From: Nymphaea colorata | Taxonomy: Eukaryota | NCBI RefSeq assembly: GCF_008831285.2 | Contig: NC_045138.2 | Location: forward strand, 27,838,001-27,902,000 | DNA length: 64,000 nt | Reading direction: 5' to 3' | Shown: positions 1 to 15,059 of the stretch, one piece after another | Position numbering within the stretch: the first letter of the stretch is position 1 | Layout: each line of letters opens with the position of its first letter | Made by a program: the position numbers and the translations under genes | Notes under the pieces: model-generated | Database searches by the model: none | What the model saw: only the letters and a program-made list of their open reading frames with translations | What the model was told of the DNA's origin: nothing

Positions 1-1878
1 CATATAAAAGAAATAATTGTACATGCTATATGTATACAAAAAAGAAATGATTGTACATGCAACTAGTTGAGACTTTTTTTTTGTCTTCATATTTTTGTCC
101 AGCGCGATTCGACCGTGTAAATGCGTACGACTTGACCAAAGACTTTCTAAGTCATCCATATATATTCTTTATTCGTGTTCTTTCAAGCTTTTGCAAACTT
201 TGATGCATTTTTCAACCATCAATACTTACAATGCATTCCGTCCGTTTAAAATCTGATTTCTGCTATACGAACAAACAGTATATAATTAGGAAACAAAAAC
301 TTAACAGGAACTAAAACAATTCCAATTTGTTCCCTTGTATATTATAATAAACAACTGTGTCAAATGCAGATTTGAACAAGAAAACAAGACCAACTCAGCA
401 TACTGACATGGAAGCTTGGACCAGTGGACAGGGAAGGGAGCAAATTGTAAGCAAAATAATATGGTCGATCTGGACATGTCCACAAATGGCATCTGCAGGG
501 AGACTGGAATGGCGGACGGAGAAAAGAGCCATTGCCCGTTCCTTTGCTGCACAAAGTCGTGAATTCAACAGCACACCTCGTGTGAACTCGCAGATGCTCC
601 GTTAATCAGAGCGCCGTCCCGTCCTTTGGACCATTGACTGAGCTTTTCAGAGCACTTCCACATCTGGCAGCAACATCGCCGCAGAGAAGTATTTACTTAT
701 TGTCTGAAAGGAATTGTCTCCTTCCAACTTTTGGCCTAAAAGGAAGATCCCGGTTCTCGATCTGCTTCTTCTCTCTGTTTCTGTTTCTTGGTATTCAATT
801 TTTCACAGCAAATCGCCTTTTTTGCTTTCCTCGTGGGAAAAAAAGTTTAGTGGAAAAAGTCTTCGACGGTTAGAATTTGATATCTCTGCTTTTAGCTTTT
901 AGCCTTTGCTTTGTAGGGTTTTCAGAGGAACGTTTTGGACTAAAAAGCCGGCGTCGAAGGCCGGAAGTTTCCTGGATTTTGGCATTCTACGAGCCGGATT
1001 CAAACGCACGGTCTTAATTCGAATCCAAATCTAATTACTAGTCAGATTTGATCTTCGTGACTAAGTCTAGATAATTGAGTCAGATTGCGGCAATAATTAG
1101 TCTCATTTGACACCTTACAGACAGACAAACGAAGAAGCCATCTTTTCCAATCCTGAAGCTTTTGTTATTTTTTTTTAATTAAGTAAGGCGTGGAGATGGA
1201 TCATGCCAGTCTAGCTCAGTGGTTGGCAAACCCTTGTGCCCGTCGCCTTGATCAAAGGAGCATCTAGCAGCTACTGCCTTCAAAGATCCACACTCATTCT
1301 AATAACCTACTGAACGTTCATTCATCACATGCTGCCATCCTTACTTTTGCTCGCAACATTTGTCGTAAACATGACAAACTTGACTATTCTTATCAAACTG
1401 GTACCAGCTAGCGGCGGAGCTAAGTGTGGGCTTGTTTGCTAGCTATACGGACACACAAATTCATTTATTTACATATTAGTTCCTCAAAAGATCAAGGGAT
1501 GCCACTCTCTAAAACTTGGTTTTCGCAAAAAAAAAAAGCAGGTTTTGTGCAGACTTTTGTTTTTTTAATGAGTTTTTCGAAAACCTAGTTTGTATGTTTG
1601 CATGACCAACTAAAAACCAAGTTTTAGATCATCGTGTGAAAATCCAGTTTTGTAAAAACAGACCCAAAACCCCATTTTCTTGTCATCCAAACACTTTCAA
1701 AAAAGTGGTTTTGGAGTGGCATCCAAACGCCGCCTACGTTTTAGCAAAGCCTTTCTATTGTGTAGAGCCACTAATTTAGAGTGTCATCCAAATGCTACCT
1801 TAACTTTTAATAAATTGTCATTTTATAACACGAGAAAAACACACTTAAAAACTTAAGACTTAATCGTACTCTTAACGG

Positions 1879-2065
1879 CAAGGGCAAAGCCAAGGAGGGC
1901 CAAAGGGGCCCTAGCCCCTCCTCAATTTTTTTTTTTAATTTACATGTAAATTTTAAAAAATTTCAGTTATCCAATATAAAATTTTTTAAAACTGATATTA
2001 TTTCGACTCCTATCAAAATTTAAAAACGCTAATTTGACTTTTAAAAATTTTTGACTCCGCCCCTG
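1879..2065. mobile_element. hAT-type MITE
   Basis: TIRs CAAGGGCAAAGCCAA / TTGACTCCGCCCCTG, AT-rich core, degenerate 8-bp TSD CTTAACGG / TTTAGCGG. A related end lies at ~6823-6841. Confidence 0.65.
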
Positions 2066-3242
2066 TTTAGCGGCATAAACGTCTGTAGCTAATCCCATTT
2101 TCAAAGTACTTAGTTTTCATTGGTTGTGATAATGAAACTGATTCCACATTGAAGAAACAATCTGTTCTTCCTCCAAGCGCTTGATCAACTATACAGCACT
2201 GCAGACTGCAACTTCCACGGGTGTGACGTTCACATCCAGATCGTGGGAAGCAAAGGCTCTGTCTCGTGTGTGTGGACGGACAATGGCGACATTTAGTGGC
2301 CCCATCTGCTTAGAGAAAGGACGGACATGGAAAGGATGACTGTGGATTGTGCAGGACTCGGTCAAGTTCCGCCTCGTACAACTTTCCCCTTTCAGATAAA
2401 TGGTAAACTTTTTATTTATCATCGGGACGGGACGACGGCCACTTTGTCGTGGCACGTGATCGATCGTCGGCACTTGCTTCTTCAACTTCAAAAAAATCGG
2501 GGAAATTTTTTCACCGTGAAGAACTTCTATTTCGATGCTTTCACTCTCTGGCAATATTTTTCTTCCAGTCCTACTTTTATATATTTAATATTGTTCTTGT
2601 TGAGTGGTTTCCTTAGATGTTATCAACGAGGAAGAATGTGTTTGACAGCAGGTTTGGAGAGAACGGAGAACCAACTTTTTTTTTTCTCTTTTATTATAAT
2701 AGTATATATGAACATGAGTCTACCGTTTGGGTTGATTTATTGACTGGACAATTTGGAGACCGTGTGTTGTCTTGTTAGGCGTTCCAGTTTGGAGGTTTTG
2801 TTTGATGGGACTTTTTTTTTTTTTCTTTCTTTCTTTCTATGTGACTGCCGGATCGCGAATTTGTCAATAATATCGCACTCCTCAGACTAAGGTTAGTTTT
2901 GAATGGTTGCGTCTGTGATCGAGTCTATTTTCGAGCGCATACTGATATTCGAATAAATAGTGGTAAACAATTCAGCCGAATAGTATATTTAAGGACATTT
3001 TATATTACAAAAGGGTGCGTTATACAAGTTAAAAAGAATAGCAAGAGTAACGTCCCAAAACACTAAAAGCCCTACATTTTAAGGGAATTAGGAGTTAGAA
3101 TGAAAGCTTCACTTTCTATTGAGCTTCCAGTTTTTCCTTTTACCTATAAAAGAACACCATTTGTTCTTGAAAAGCATGTTTTAGATGCACAAACGTCCAT
3201 AAATGGGGTCAGATTCTGTCCTCTAGCGTTTGTATGCACTAG

Positions 3243-3612
3243 TAGAAGGATGTCAATATATCCGATTTGAATTAGATATTTCGATTTGAAAGAATCGGAT
3301 ATGGAAAAAAAAATTAATATTCGAATATGAAATCGGATCGGATTCAGATATACATAAATATCCTATCAGATTCGGATACGGATTCAGATCAGATTCACTT
3401 TTAGATACATATCTTGTATCTAATGCTATTAAATTTTGAAAATTGGCAAAATCCTGTTATCAGGCTCAGATCAGATTCAGATAGTAAAATCCGATTTTGG
3501 ATTTTGATATAACTTTTCTTTATTCAAATTTGAATCCCAATTCAAACCGAATATGTAAATATCTGAAAAAACAGACATATCCATCCAAATCCGATCCGTT
3601 GAGAGATCCATA
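3243..3612. mobile_element. MITE with many ATCCGA/TCGGAT subterminal repeats (hAT-like)
   Basis: Ends GGATGTCAAT... / ...ATCCGATCCGTTGAGAGATCC with internal arrays of TCGGAT/ATCCGA. Related decayed copies at ~4690-4850, ~29890-30070 and ~955-1095. Confidence 0.6.
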
Positions 3613-6600
3613 TGCATATTAAATTAACACTACGTGCGTTTTCCATTTTCATTTTCAGGCGCACCTTGAACACGGTCCAAATGTGCACCTTGTCTCCGTC
3701 TCAATGAGAACCAGTGTCACTGCATTATTGGACGCATTACGTCCACCCGTTACTCGATCCAGATCTCTGGGTTTGACGTTGAGATTTCAGGAGAATATCC
3801 AAGTTTCTTTCAATTTGAAGGTCTGAGGAGTTCAAACTGACCCTTTGTATTTTTTTAACAACGATAAACTAATTCTAAGTCGGCTCAATTGAATTGAATT
3901 GAATTGCATGCAATTTTTGAACAGGAAAAATTGGAACTAGGATTTTTTTAAAAACAAAAGAAAAAGAAAAAGAAGGAACATTTGAAGAAACCAAAAAATT
4001 AGTACTTTTTTTTCTAGCAAACTTTTGTATGATATGGCCATTGAATGCTAAATAACAAGAAATCAAGTATAATATATGAGAATACATTGATTGAATCACT
4101 GGTTTCCATTCAATAATGTTTGGAGCCAATAATAACAAAAAAAAAAAAAATCAAACACCAAGTTAGATGGCTCATGCCCCTCAAAGTATAGTGTATTGGG
4201 TAGCAAGGCGGCCTACTACAAAAAAGTCCATGTTGAGAAACCTATATCCGATGTACTATTGTCATGAGCTATAAAAAGGTCTCAATACATACTCTATGAA
4301 CCCTGCGAAACATGACGGAAAAGCTATGGCCTCTTGTTGGGTAGTAAAGAAAATAACCTATCTCCTTAAAAAAAAAAAAAAAAAAAAAGTTCTGCTTATG
4401 AAGCTGCTTTCCAATCCTGTGGGCTCAATCAATCATTTTGGCTCCTTCTAGAACCTCATCGCTCAAACTTTCAGGCTTGAACCCAGGCGTTATAAGATGC
4501 TTCGCATCAGTCTGTGGCCGCCATGGGGAAATACATGTACTTTTTTATTCCATATCCGAAACCAAACAACAGCCCACAAAAAGATATTAAATTACGGCCT
4601 CAATTCGTACAGTGGACCGGGTTGTGGCCGTTGAACGGGCCATATGGATCCAAACCTCCCAAGGAGAGGTTTGAAAGTACACCAGATTGATGTGAACTGA
4701 CATCCAACTATTGAAATACCGCCTAATCTACATGGAACTAGACTTGGATTCGAATATGAAAAATATGAAACCATTACATATTCGAACCCGTCGTATGCAA
4801 TCGGATTTGGATGTCGAATTGGGTACCAAATTCGAACCTCCATTACTCATCAGATATGGTTTTTCTCGTTAAAATTTGGCTACATGAAATGAGATTCACA
4901 TCAAAATACATTTCGTTAAAAATATTGCCCAAATGAGATCTGCGCCTCTAGTCGACAAAAGGCGAGGCCATTCTTCAAACATATGTCTTTGAAAGAAAGA
5001 AAATGCGCGGCAGACAAGTAGATGTAGCCAGGAAGTTTCCCGGAAGGATGCAGAACGAGGGAGGCGGGTTATCGCCTAGCTAGGTCGCAGACCAGTGAGA
5101 TCGAACCCACCTAAGCTACAGTGACCGCTGTAGTCCCGGTGAGCTCACAGACCTGAGCCAGTTAACCATTTGAAAGCCAATTTATTAATGCATCAGCTTT
5201 ACTTATGAGTGGAGCATGCGTATGTGGTGGAATATCGCCCTAAAAGGGGACGAAGATCCACTGCATTAAACAATAAAGCAAGTCCAGACCGTCCCGGTTA
5301 ACACCCAACCACAACGTGCTTCTCGGACCGCACCTACCTCTTCCTATAGCGACAAACATTGCCGTGTTTGTGTGGAAATTACGGGATGAATAGTAATTCT
5401 TTCGTAAGAAGCCAACTTTCTATAACTTTAATTATTGCATGGTATGTCTTTATATTGCATGCAACACGCGAGATAATTGCCATATTGCGTGGTTTAAAAA
5501 ATTGATCCTTAGCTTGAGAAACGAACTCACATCGAACTATGACAAAGCAACTATTGCGTTATTTTCGTGTTATATGTATGGATTGCCTCATCCGTCAAAT
5601 ATCGGTACTTTAAATTCCACGATTTTCCAAAGTATCGTCACTTTTCCAGTTATGTTCCGCAAGAAAGGAGAAATGGTGAAGTCACGAGAGAGAACGAAAG
5701 TCGCGGGGACGTCCATGCGAAGTCAAACATGAAAAGTAACCATCGTTGAAAAGAGGCCCAAAGAGGATGCTTCCTCGCGGGGACGCACCTCGCCATTTGA
5801 CCCTGCAGATCCCCAAAATAACGAGAAACGCCACTGCTCTCCGGTCTGATGACGTCATGCTTGTGCTGATTTTTCTCTCTCATTATATATATATATATAT
5901 ATATAAACTTAGTCCTCATAAGTATCAATTAAAATCCTCTTGAATGTCTAAGTTTGAAAAGAAAGAAAATGATTGGGATAAATGAGAACCACCAATAATG
6001 CATCTTTTTCTCAATTTTAATATGAATTCAATTGCGAACGTGTGTTGACCACGGACAAATTAAAACATATAAATCAACCCTTCCGTTCCTTGGCAGCAAG
6101 AAATCTTAAGTTCATCATGTAAATTTAATTAACGCAATTCAACAGTCGATTTTTCTATCATGAAAGAAAATTGGGATATAAAATTGGAATAATTATTTTT
6201 TTTTTTTCGTGAAAGGAAAATGGTTCATATAAAGACTGTGACCGTGAACATGCTTATGGTGCTGCTTCTCAGAAAAATACTTATCCCAAATCTTTTACGA
6301 TCTGCAGATGTCATGAGCTACTTGCCACTTGTATATTTTTGTATGCGTGTGGTCACACCATGATACAAAACCGTTGCAGTTGGCTTAGTCTTGATATCGG
6401 ATTCCAACATGTTCATTTGGCTTATTTATTAGAGAAAGCTCCATGTGTGTCATCAAGTGTCTCTTTATATCGACATGCGCTTTCCAAATGAACCAAAATG
6501 TAGGTGGCGTGGCGACGAAGATTGGCCTCCATAAAGTCTGAGTTCAAAATCCATGAGAGCCAATCTTTGTGTAAACAAACACCCAAAAAAAAAAATTTGG

Positions 6601-7235
6601 AAAAATGAAAAGAAACATAAAAAATTATTTAAAAAAATAAAAGCAATAAAATAGCGAATAGGCACCTTAACCCTTGGAATTTAAATTTTACCTATCGATT
6701 TTTTTTTTTAATTTTATCGCGGCCCCTATAAAACTTTTGAAAGAATAGGGATGGCTCCATGCTAAAAAAATTTCAAAAATTTTATTAATGGCCATGAGAG
6801 TTTTCGGCCCCGCTAAAGATGAAATTCTGGCTTCGCCCCTGGTTGGGCCGACTTTTGGGTATCTGGATCGGTGGATTAGAGATATTCAACTAGATTTCTG
6901 CAAACATTATTAATCTATCAAACCAAATGATGGGATTTAGTAAATGAGTATAATGACAAATATGTTCTAAAGACAGTAACTTCACATCTTTGGCAAAGAT
7001 TGATGCTTAGGCGACCATTTCCCACATACCGACATATAGAAAAGCTGCCATTCAAATGTCGTCACCTTTCTGTTTTTTGTTCTTTTTCAAATTTTCACTT
7101 GAAAGGCTTGGAGTCATCTAGGAATGTTCAATGTTGTAAAAAAAGGGCATTGGGATCATATTTACTCACTAATATCACATAAGATCAAATGTTACCAAAT
7201 GTCTGCATCGCCTTATTTTTTGACTTTATGATTTC

Positions 7236-7237
<2 letters not shown>

Positions 7238-7311
<74 letters not shown>
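7238..7311. repeat. Compound (TA)n(GA)n microsatellite
   Basis: Directly visible. Similar compound tracts at 14169-14248 and 29543-29621. Confidence 0.95.
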
Positions 7312-9142
7312 TAAAAGATTCCTTATATGACTGTGTCCATACAGTACAAGCCATTGTAATTTTCTATCTGCCAAGTAAATGTCGGCCAAATAAAGTTGTG
7401 TAGATGCAGAAGGCGAGACCCTTCGGGTAGGAAGAAAATTATTTCATCATGCTTTTCTATTGAAACATATGATTCTAATGCAGATACTTGCGAAAGCGCT
7501 TGGCTTTCTTTGGAAATAATTCAAAATGCTTATAATTGTGCTGCGGTGACCTAGAACTTGATTAATATCCTACCAAGTTAAATAGCTTACATGGCATCCA
7601 TGTGCTCAAAGTTCATAAACATTTAAAAAATAAAAGGCGCGCGCACACGCACACACGCATACTAGTTAGACGAGAAATAAGTGTCATGTAATGTTTAAAA
7701 TTTAAAAATCATTAATCGGCGTACTTATTTATGAATCGGCCCATCAGCCAAATAGCTTGTAGTATTGGCTAAAAAACTCAAAGTTTATTTTAAAAAAAAA
7801 AGTAAATGAAAATGTATAAACAATTCATCTTAAATCTCAAGTTCTAAATTCTTTCAAAAATATTTGAAAGTTGGAATGCGACACCATCTCCTAGCAAATT
7901 GAATCACTTTTTAGTTTCCATTCAAATGGTTCACACATGCACACGGACTCCGTCATGCTGCATTGTAATGTAATCATGGCGTCACCAATTCCACCATGAA
8001 ATATCCGCGTTCCTTCGGGTTCTTGGTGCTTTGATTCGCTCGGTTTATATCCAGTTCAGTATTTTTCCGGTGAACTTTTAGACAGTGAGAGAGTTTTAAG
8101 ATCTTGTCTACGACATTAAGTCTTAATAGTGACTTGAGCATGCTTTAATGCTCATCCAAAAGCGTGACGAAAGATGAGGGACATCTTCTCCCTCGATCGT
8201 CTAAAAGGACAAATTAAAATTGGGAGCACGCATCTTAATAGTGTTACTTACAAATTTATACTTAAAAAAACGATTGGCGGCTGCTTTTGTTGGACTCTAC
8301 TTAATTTATTCCTTCCAAAGCGTATCCTAAGGAAGCTTCCACCGTCTTTTTTCTTTTCCTTTCTCACTATTTTTCTCTCTTCTGTTACTTTTATATGTAA
8401 AAACATGAACTTTCTATGTGACGGTGGTGTGCATGCACCGGCGGAGAGGGTCCGACTGGAGTCGTATCTCCGGCGGAGTCAACTTGCCGACCTCAGCTAG
8501 TCCAAGGGTTTGGAGGCGGTTCGGGAAACGAATATCCAAACCCCAAAGCCTAAAATGTTGATCAACATTTACCTTTTTTGGAGGACGGTTGGAGTGGAGG
8601 CCATCGGTACAGCCTACAGCGCCCGACGGTTCCGGATTGTGGTCCGGACCTGACCCACCTGCAAAAGCACCGGCCGCTGTCTGCAACCCAAATCGGCCAT
8701 TGTTGACTCCCTCTGCCCTTCTTTCCCTGTGGTGGCAAGTCTTACTCAGCAAGGCACCGGGATAAGCGACTTTGAAAAAGAAGGAACAGAAGGTCTACTG
8801 CTGGGAACTGAGGCGAAGAGAAAATGACCTGCGAGGCCCCTTCGTCTCGGACTCGGAGGGAGAGGGAGGAGGTTTTGAGAAAACCCGCATGGCGTGCGAG
8901 GGAGTGAAAGCACATGCAGTTCTCAACTGGTTCCAGAAGAGGACAGGACTGAGGTCGAAACCGTCCTTGACATGGTCTGCGGGGGCAGAACCATAAATTA
9001 ATGGATGGGCCTGGCACGCTCCTCCTTTAAAAGAAGGGAGAGGATGTTCTGTTTGCAGGATTTACTGCTCGGCCGTAACTCTTTTCTCTCTGTTGGTGCA
9101 CTGAGTCCCAAGGAAGGAGGAAACTAAGCAGAGGCAGGCAGC

Positions 9143-9186
9143 AGAAGAAGAAGAAGAAGAAGAAGAAGAAGACGACGACGGCGACA
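9143..9186 (+). repeat. (GAA)n(GAC)n trinucleotide repeat in the presumed 5' UTR of the MYB gene
   Basis: Directly visible ~50-95 nt upstream of ATG 9237. Confidence 0.9.
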
Positions 9187-9236
9187 AAGAACGAGCAGAA
9201 GCCCAAGTGAGGGAAGAAAGACAAAAAAGGAGAGAG

Positions 9237-11648
9237 ATGGGGAGGTCACCATGCTGCGACAAGGCGAACGTTAAGCGGGGGCCGTGGTCTCCGGAGGAGG
9301 ATGCCACCCTCAAGAACTACGTCGAGAGGTATGGCACCGGCGGCAACTGGATTGCTCTCCCCCAGAAAGCAGGTAAATCGCTCCTCCTCTCCTTCAACTC
9401 TTCTCCCTCCCCTCCCTCTCTCTCGCTCTCTGCTTTTAAAATCTTTGTCTGCTACCTGCTTGTCCTCTCCGCTTTTTCTTCTTTCCTTCGCTTAATCTTC
9501 CGTTGTCTTCGTCACCATTTTCAGTATACCTTCTCCTTTCTGATCCTTTGTTGCTCATTTGTCCGAGCTTGAAAGCCGTTTCTCGCCTCCCACTCGCTTC
9601 GGCTCGTGTTTTTTTCCCTCTGTGCTCTCACATTCCCGTCGGTGTTTATCGAACTTTCATCGAATTTGAACTTGGGAAGAAGCCAGGCTCGTCTGTGTTT
9701 TGTTTTTCATTGCCCTTAATTTGGTAATTCTTTTGATAACTCATTCCTGTTTTTCTTTTTCTGATCTTTTCCCCGCATCTGAAATTTATGAATTTCATTG
9801 CTTTGGCCTTTCTTTTCCAGTGTAATTTTGTTATCCTGTTGATTTGCCTTACCACTCAGCTGCTCCTATTTTATTCATACAACCATTTCTTTTTCAAGCT
9901 TTTCTACACAGTTCTCTTATTTCTCTTGGTTGACTTTTCTTTATATTGTCCATCCTCTTCATCAATTCGTTCTACCGTCACGTCCTCACCGGCTCCTCCA
10001 CTTTCTTCTCTTCCTTCTCATAATTTCCTTTGAATTGTCATGTTTCTTTTTTTGCTCTATCCTTTTCCTTATTATATTGCAGACTATGGTCGTTTTTTTC
10101 CTGCATAATTTCCTAGAACAGTAATATCGTCAATCAAATGAGTCTTTTTGCTTGTCATTCTCATTTTTAATTCATACAGTTTAGTCTTTAACCTAATTTT
10201 TCAATCTCACATTGAGATTTTATCTGTTTGTTGATCTTTATCTAGATGTCTTACGCCAAGTCCTGTTAGATTGTTTTCAAAATTGTTTAGCAGCATTAAC
10301 TAACAATTGTTATCAGGAAAAATAAAAAAAAATCTGATCCCCATCAGTGTTTAAAACCAGTCCCTACTACCTATGAATTGGTCTTTTCTTCCTGAATTTC
10401 TCCTTAGTCCTCATAATAATCTGTTTCCTATTGTTCAGGGCTCAAACGTTGTGGAAAGAGCTGCCGTTTGCGTTGGCTTAATTACCTGAGGCCTGATATC
10501 AGGCATGGTGGTTTTACTGAGGAAGAGGATAACATTATTTGCTCTCTCTACGAGTCCATGGGCAGCAGGTAGTTCCCATCAATTTTTTGCAGCAGCATCT
10601 AAGTTTTAGTTTAGTTCTTCAAAGTGCTTCAAGTAGACCAATTGATCTGTCAATTTGTTCTTCCTGTTCCAAGCTGGTAAACAGCAATGCGCCCAACGGA
10701 CAGATCAGTAATTGAGCTATCCACGTTATACTCTACTGTTCATAGGATGATCAATCATTTGTCGTCCATATATTTAAGTTGTACATATTTAGATGATTGG
10801 CCTACAAAGATTAAACAATAGACTCCCGGTAGAAAAAAATGGGAAAAACAATGACTTGATTACATCTTATTCTCTGTCACGCTTTTCTTTAAGCCTCACA
10901 TTATGTGACTAATCATGATTTTTTTATTTATCATTTTTTTATTGCCTTGGTTAGGTGGTCTGTAATTGCTTCACAGTTACCAGGAAGAACGGACAACGAT
11001 GTGAAGAATTACTGGAACACTAAGCTCAAGAAGAAAATGCTTGCAGCGAAAAACAATCTTGGTAGCGATCATGCTCATGTCCGCGCGAACTCAACCTCAA
11101 TTTGTTCATCGTCTTCACCTTCACCTTCTTCTTCATCATCACCGTCCACTTCCACAGTCACCGCCATTGCACCAGCAAGCATGGGATCCACCTACAGTTT
11201 CTCCAACTTCAGCAAGCCCAAACATGAACCCATGGTGATGCCTCCAATGGAAGCTGGTTTTCCCTATACTGTAGACCACCCAAGCACAAACTTTGGGTCT
11301 GCCTCTCTCCTGCCATCATCTGGGTTTACAGAGAATATAGCACCACAGATGTTTCCTGATCATAAGCCCCTTTTCCCATCTCAAACCCATAATCCAATTG
11401 ACAACAACTATATTGCATGGTTGCTCAATGGTGGCGCTGAGGAGGCTTTCCCTCTCATGGATCTTGCTGGTGGCTCTGCCAGTGAAGTCTCAAGTATCTT
11501 TGCTGTTCAAGATAAGAAAATCTTTCAAGATAATGGTGAAGCGGCGCCTGGATACAATGCTAATTACAACTTCTCTTATGGAAGCATGTTGGTCAACCCA
11601 GATGGTTCACAGCAAGCGTTGTACCCAAGTGTAGCTCATATATTATAA
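9237..11648 (+). CDS. RAX2-like: R2R3-MYB transcription factor, subgroup 14 (RAX/MYB36/Blind type), 3 exons, ~319 aa
   Basis: Exons 9237-9372, 10439-10568, 10955-11648, all GT-AG; 960 nt in frame. Translation: [76 protein letters not shown]...[30 protein letters not shown]. The 136/130-nt first exons and the extra residue in GTGGNW are typical of subgroup 14. A Ser-rich tract follows R3. The exact orthologue needs a phylogeny. Confidence 0.95.
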
Positions 11649-14164
11649 AGAAAAAAAAATCAAAGAAATAGTACTGTCCCTTGATGTTTCTCATTCGAGG
11701 CTTCGAGCTTGTTTTAGTTTTCACTTACTCCATTGTTGATAGCCTAACTTCCCTGTAAATGATTGACAATACAGTTAGGAAATGTTTCCATAAATCTCTC
11801 TTTCTCTCTCCCTCTCTCTCACACTTTTAATTCGAGATATGATGATGAATCGTTCCTCGCAATATCGAGTACTGTTAAATTGGATCAGTGTCGTTCCATA
11901 TGTATTGTTACGTATGATCTTTTGAACTTTAAATTTACTTTAGCGAAGACATAAAAATTAACTTTTTCCTCCCTTCCTGTTCTGGCCTGCACGTAAAATC
12001 AACCTCGAAAACTATGCAATACATCCATGTGTTTGTGGAAAAGCGAAAAAGAAACTAAGATGGTAGTTCTTGTTTTTACCATAGGCAGGCTAAAGGTTAG
12101 GCAAAGATTCTAACCAGTTCGCGTAGAAATGGCACCCGACTGTCAAACTTTTGACCGCTTTCAAGTGGAAGGTTCCAAGTCGAACGAATATGATCTTATG
12201 AGTTATTGTTGGCGATGAAAAGAAAGTTTATTTGTTATTATAAGTCTAACAATCGTTCTAAACCACTATGTTTTTGCAAAAGATAACTAGAACAGTGCCT
12301 GATAAACTGGTCAAATCGAATCCTACCAAGAATAAATTCCCTTCAAAAAATCAAACAGGTGTCATGCCGGATAGTGGATACCTCTGGTTTACAGGCTAAC
12401 AAACAGGCCGCTGGACATTTTTTTTTTAATAAATACATGGGAGGTGGTCCATCAAGCAACCCAAGTTCTTACAATGCCAGAATACATTTTTCTTTTTCTT
12501 TCCTGACTATTATTTTTTTTCATTAAGTGATCTTAATAATTTGGAACAGTATTTTAATTAATTGAGAAATTGATCATGCCAACGAGGTGATGAGACCAAC
12601 TTAGGGCCCCCAATGTTGATAATTGTTGGTCCTCGGCGGCCTGCATGATGATTAAACGAGTGGTCCTTGAAAAAGGAAGAGAAGAAAGAAGTGGTGAGGT
12701 TGGACCGTATGATTCGCAGTGTCAGCAAGATTATGCTTTTCTGACTTCAATGCAGACATGAAAGTTGCATGGGCAGGATGTCCCGTCCATTCAAACCCCT
12801 TCTCCCCAAAAGATTAAACGATACAAAATTTCAAAACGAGAAAAGGAAAAATGATCGGTCCATCTCAATCAATCCATCAAAGTTAAGACCTTCTAAGAAA
12901 CTTCAGTTATATATATATATATATATATAAGCCCAAATGCCCAGACCGCAAGGCTTAGGTCTCATTGAGGTGGACCCATTTATGGTACCGCCGGCACATG
13001 GACCCGCCTAATTGGGTTGCCGGTATAAACATGCACCGGCGATGTCGCTCGGTCCGCGGCTCCAACATCTGATGAGATGACTGCTAGTGATGGCCAGCCC
13101 ATGAATATCTTCTTTTCAGTGCCGGGACTTGGCCTTTCTCCTACGAATTTGACCAAATTTGATGTGTACGTGTTTGGCATGGCCTAGCTGGTGCATGGAA
13201 AGTGATAATCTATTTTATCGTTTTTCATTGGAGAACATGATCTTTGGAGACTTGGAATGCAAGGCTTTGAACCTGCATTTAATTTTCTCCAATGAAGAAT
13301 ATTGTTTTTTCAAGATTTGAATTTTTTTTTCAAAAGTTTGGAACCCCAGTGGTTCGTAATTGAACTTCGAAACAAGAAAATCGTGCTTTACATTTAATAA
13401 CTGCAAGGATACTGTCCTGATAATTTCAATTCATTGAAAAGAAGATATCCTTTCTGAGATTTGGGTTTTGTATTTTTTTTTTATACAGAGGATCTGCATG
13501 GCTTGGAGATTTTACAAGGTATAATACTCATGAGAATTGAATTGTTGACAGAACTTTTATTCACTTGACCATCCGACCAGCTATGCTAAACCTTTTGGGG
13601 CGGATCCTCATATTAAGTGTGAAAATTTGAAGGTAAGTGAGCTCAGAAATGAAAAAAAAAACTTTATTTATTTATTATTCAGAAATGTAGATCTCTTTTT
13701 GGGTATAAGAAGGCAAAATAGTTTTTCTAAATTTCCAAGATTAAATTTCAGTTCCTCAAAATGTACACCAACAACTTGGTCCGTGAGATCAAAGGTTGGG
13801 TTCCAACTATTACTATATAAAACTCAGAAGGACAAAGCTGCCACCTCATTCATTGTCTTCGCTCTTGTTCTTCCCATGCATAGGAAGTGTTTGTCAACCC
13901 AAAATTAATGAGTTGATTGAGACATCCGGCATTGTTAAGGGAAGAAGGGGGGAAGAAAGATGGCGAAATGCGTAAGGAAAGACAAAATGGATGAGGGTTT
14001 CGTAGCAAGCGCTGATATGGGGGCGGTGACTTTAGCCACCGCCTTTTAATCAGGTCAAGTCACTCGGAAACTTTGCCTCCCCGTCTCAAATTAATCCTTC
14101 CACTTCTTCTTCTTTGAATCCTTTATGGGTTAGGATTCCTTCATTATTGTGCCCCTACAGTTTG

Positions 14165-14168
<4 letters not shown>

Positions 14169-14248
<80 letters not shown>
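14169..14248. repeat. Compound (TA)n(GA)n microsatellite
   Basis: Directly visible. Confidence 0.95.
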
Positions 14249-14252
<4 letters not shown>

Positions 14253-14987
14253 AAGAGAACTTTTAGTTATGTAGAGACACCCAGCCATCAACAAGGATTG
14301 TTCATCTAAAATAAATGAATTATTTAAAAAAAAAACAAAGAAAAAAGATGTGAACCAATACTTCATATTGGGTCAAACAATCTTGGTTAGATGGTTAAGT
14401 GATTTGAAAAGCTAAAATTGTTATTTAATATATATATATATATATATAACCTCCAACAAGTATTGCGACAGTGGTCCTGAATGGAAATCAAATCAGCAGC
14501 AACTGGGTTTGATTCAGGTGACAAATCTGTAGGGTTCAAGTGCTGGATTTGCATTTGTTTTATGTATAAAGTAAATCCATCTAGTGCTTTTTTATCTTTC
14601 GTAATTTTTCGGGATCTTCTCTAGTTTTTTTGAAATTTACTCCTTTTTACCTTTATCTGAAAATAAAATTTCACTAACTCTGCTTCAATTTCATTCTGAT
14701 TCCATTCATCAAATCCATCTGATCTAGTTCTTTTTCCTCACTGGTTGGTCTAAAAAAAAAGGGATTTTGTTAGAATTACCTTCAAGTAAACCCCCAAACT
14801 ACCAACTTGATAAAATTGAGGCTTGGTATAAAATCTACAGCTTTTTATAAGTTGGTAAGAGATAGGTGGATAGTAAACTAACATTTACCCTCATGAAAAC
14901 CTCTCTCAAATCCTAGAAAGCCTTTTAATTTGGTCCATCTTTGCTCCAGTGGTGGAGCCACATAGTGACTGGTGTGAGCAAGTATCC

Positions 14988-15031
<44 letters not shown>

Positions 15032-15059
15032 AGTATTTTTAAATGAGTGCCCCTTTAAC

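Noticed and set aside
1205..1225. TAGCTCAGTGGTT, a tRNA A-box-like motif
   Set aside because: No B-box or cloverleaf downstream.
301..2743. Several 60-138 aa ORFs in the first 3 kb
   Set aside because: Low-complexity or random-looking translations, many with non-ATG starts, and no family motifs.
4165..4388. Segment ending in an A22 tract, possible retroposon tail
   Set aside because: Only a weak AAGTT flank repeat, and no coding or Pol III signature.
8174..9017. Overlapping 74-112 aa ORFs in the GC-rich region upstream of the MYB gene
   Set aside because: No recognisable domain or splice structure; consistent with promoter DNA.
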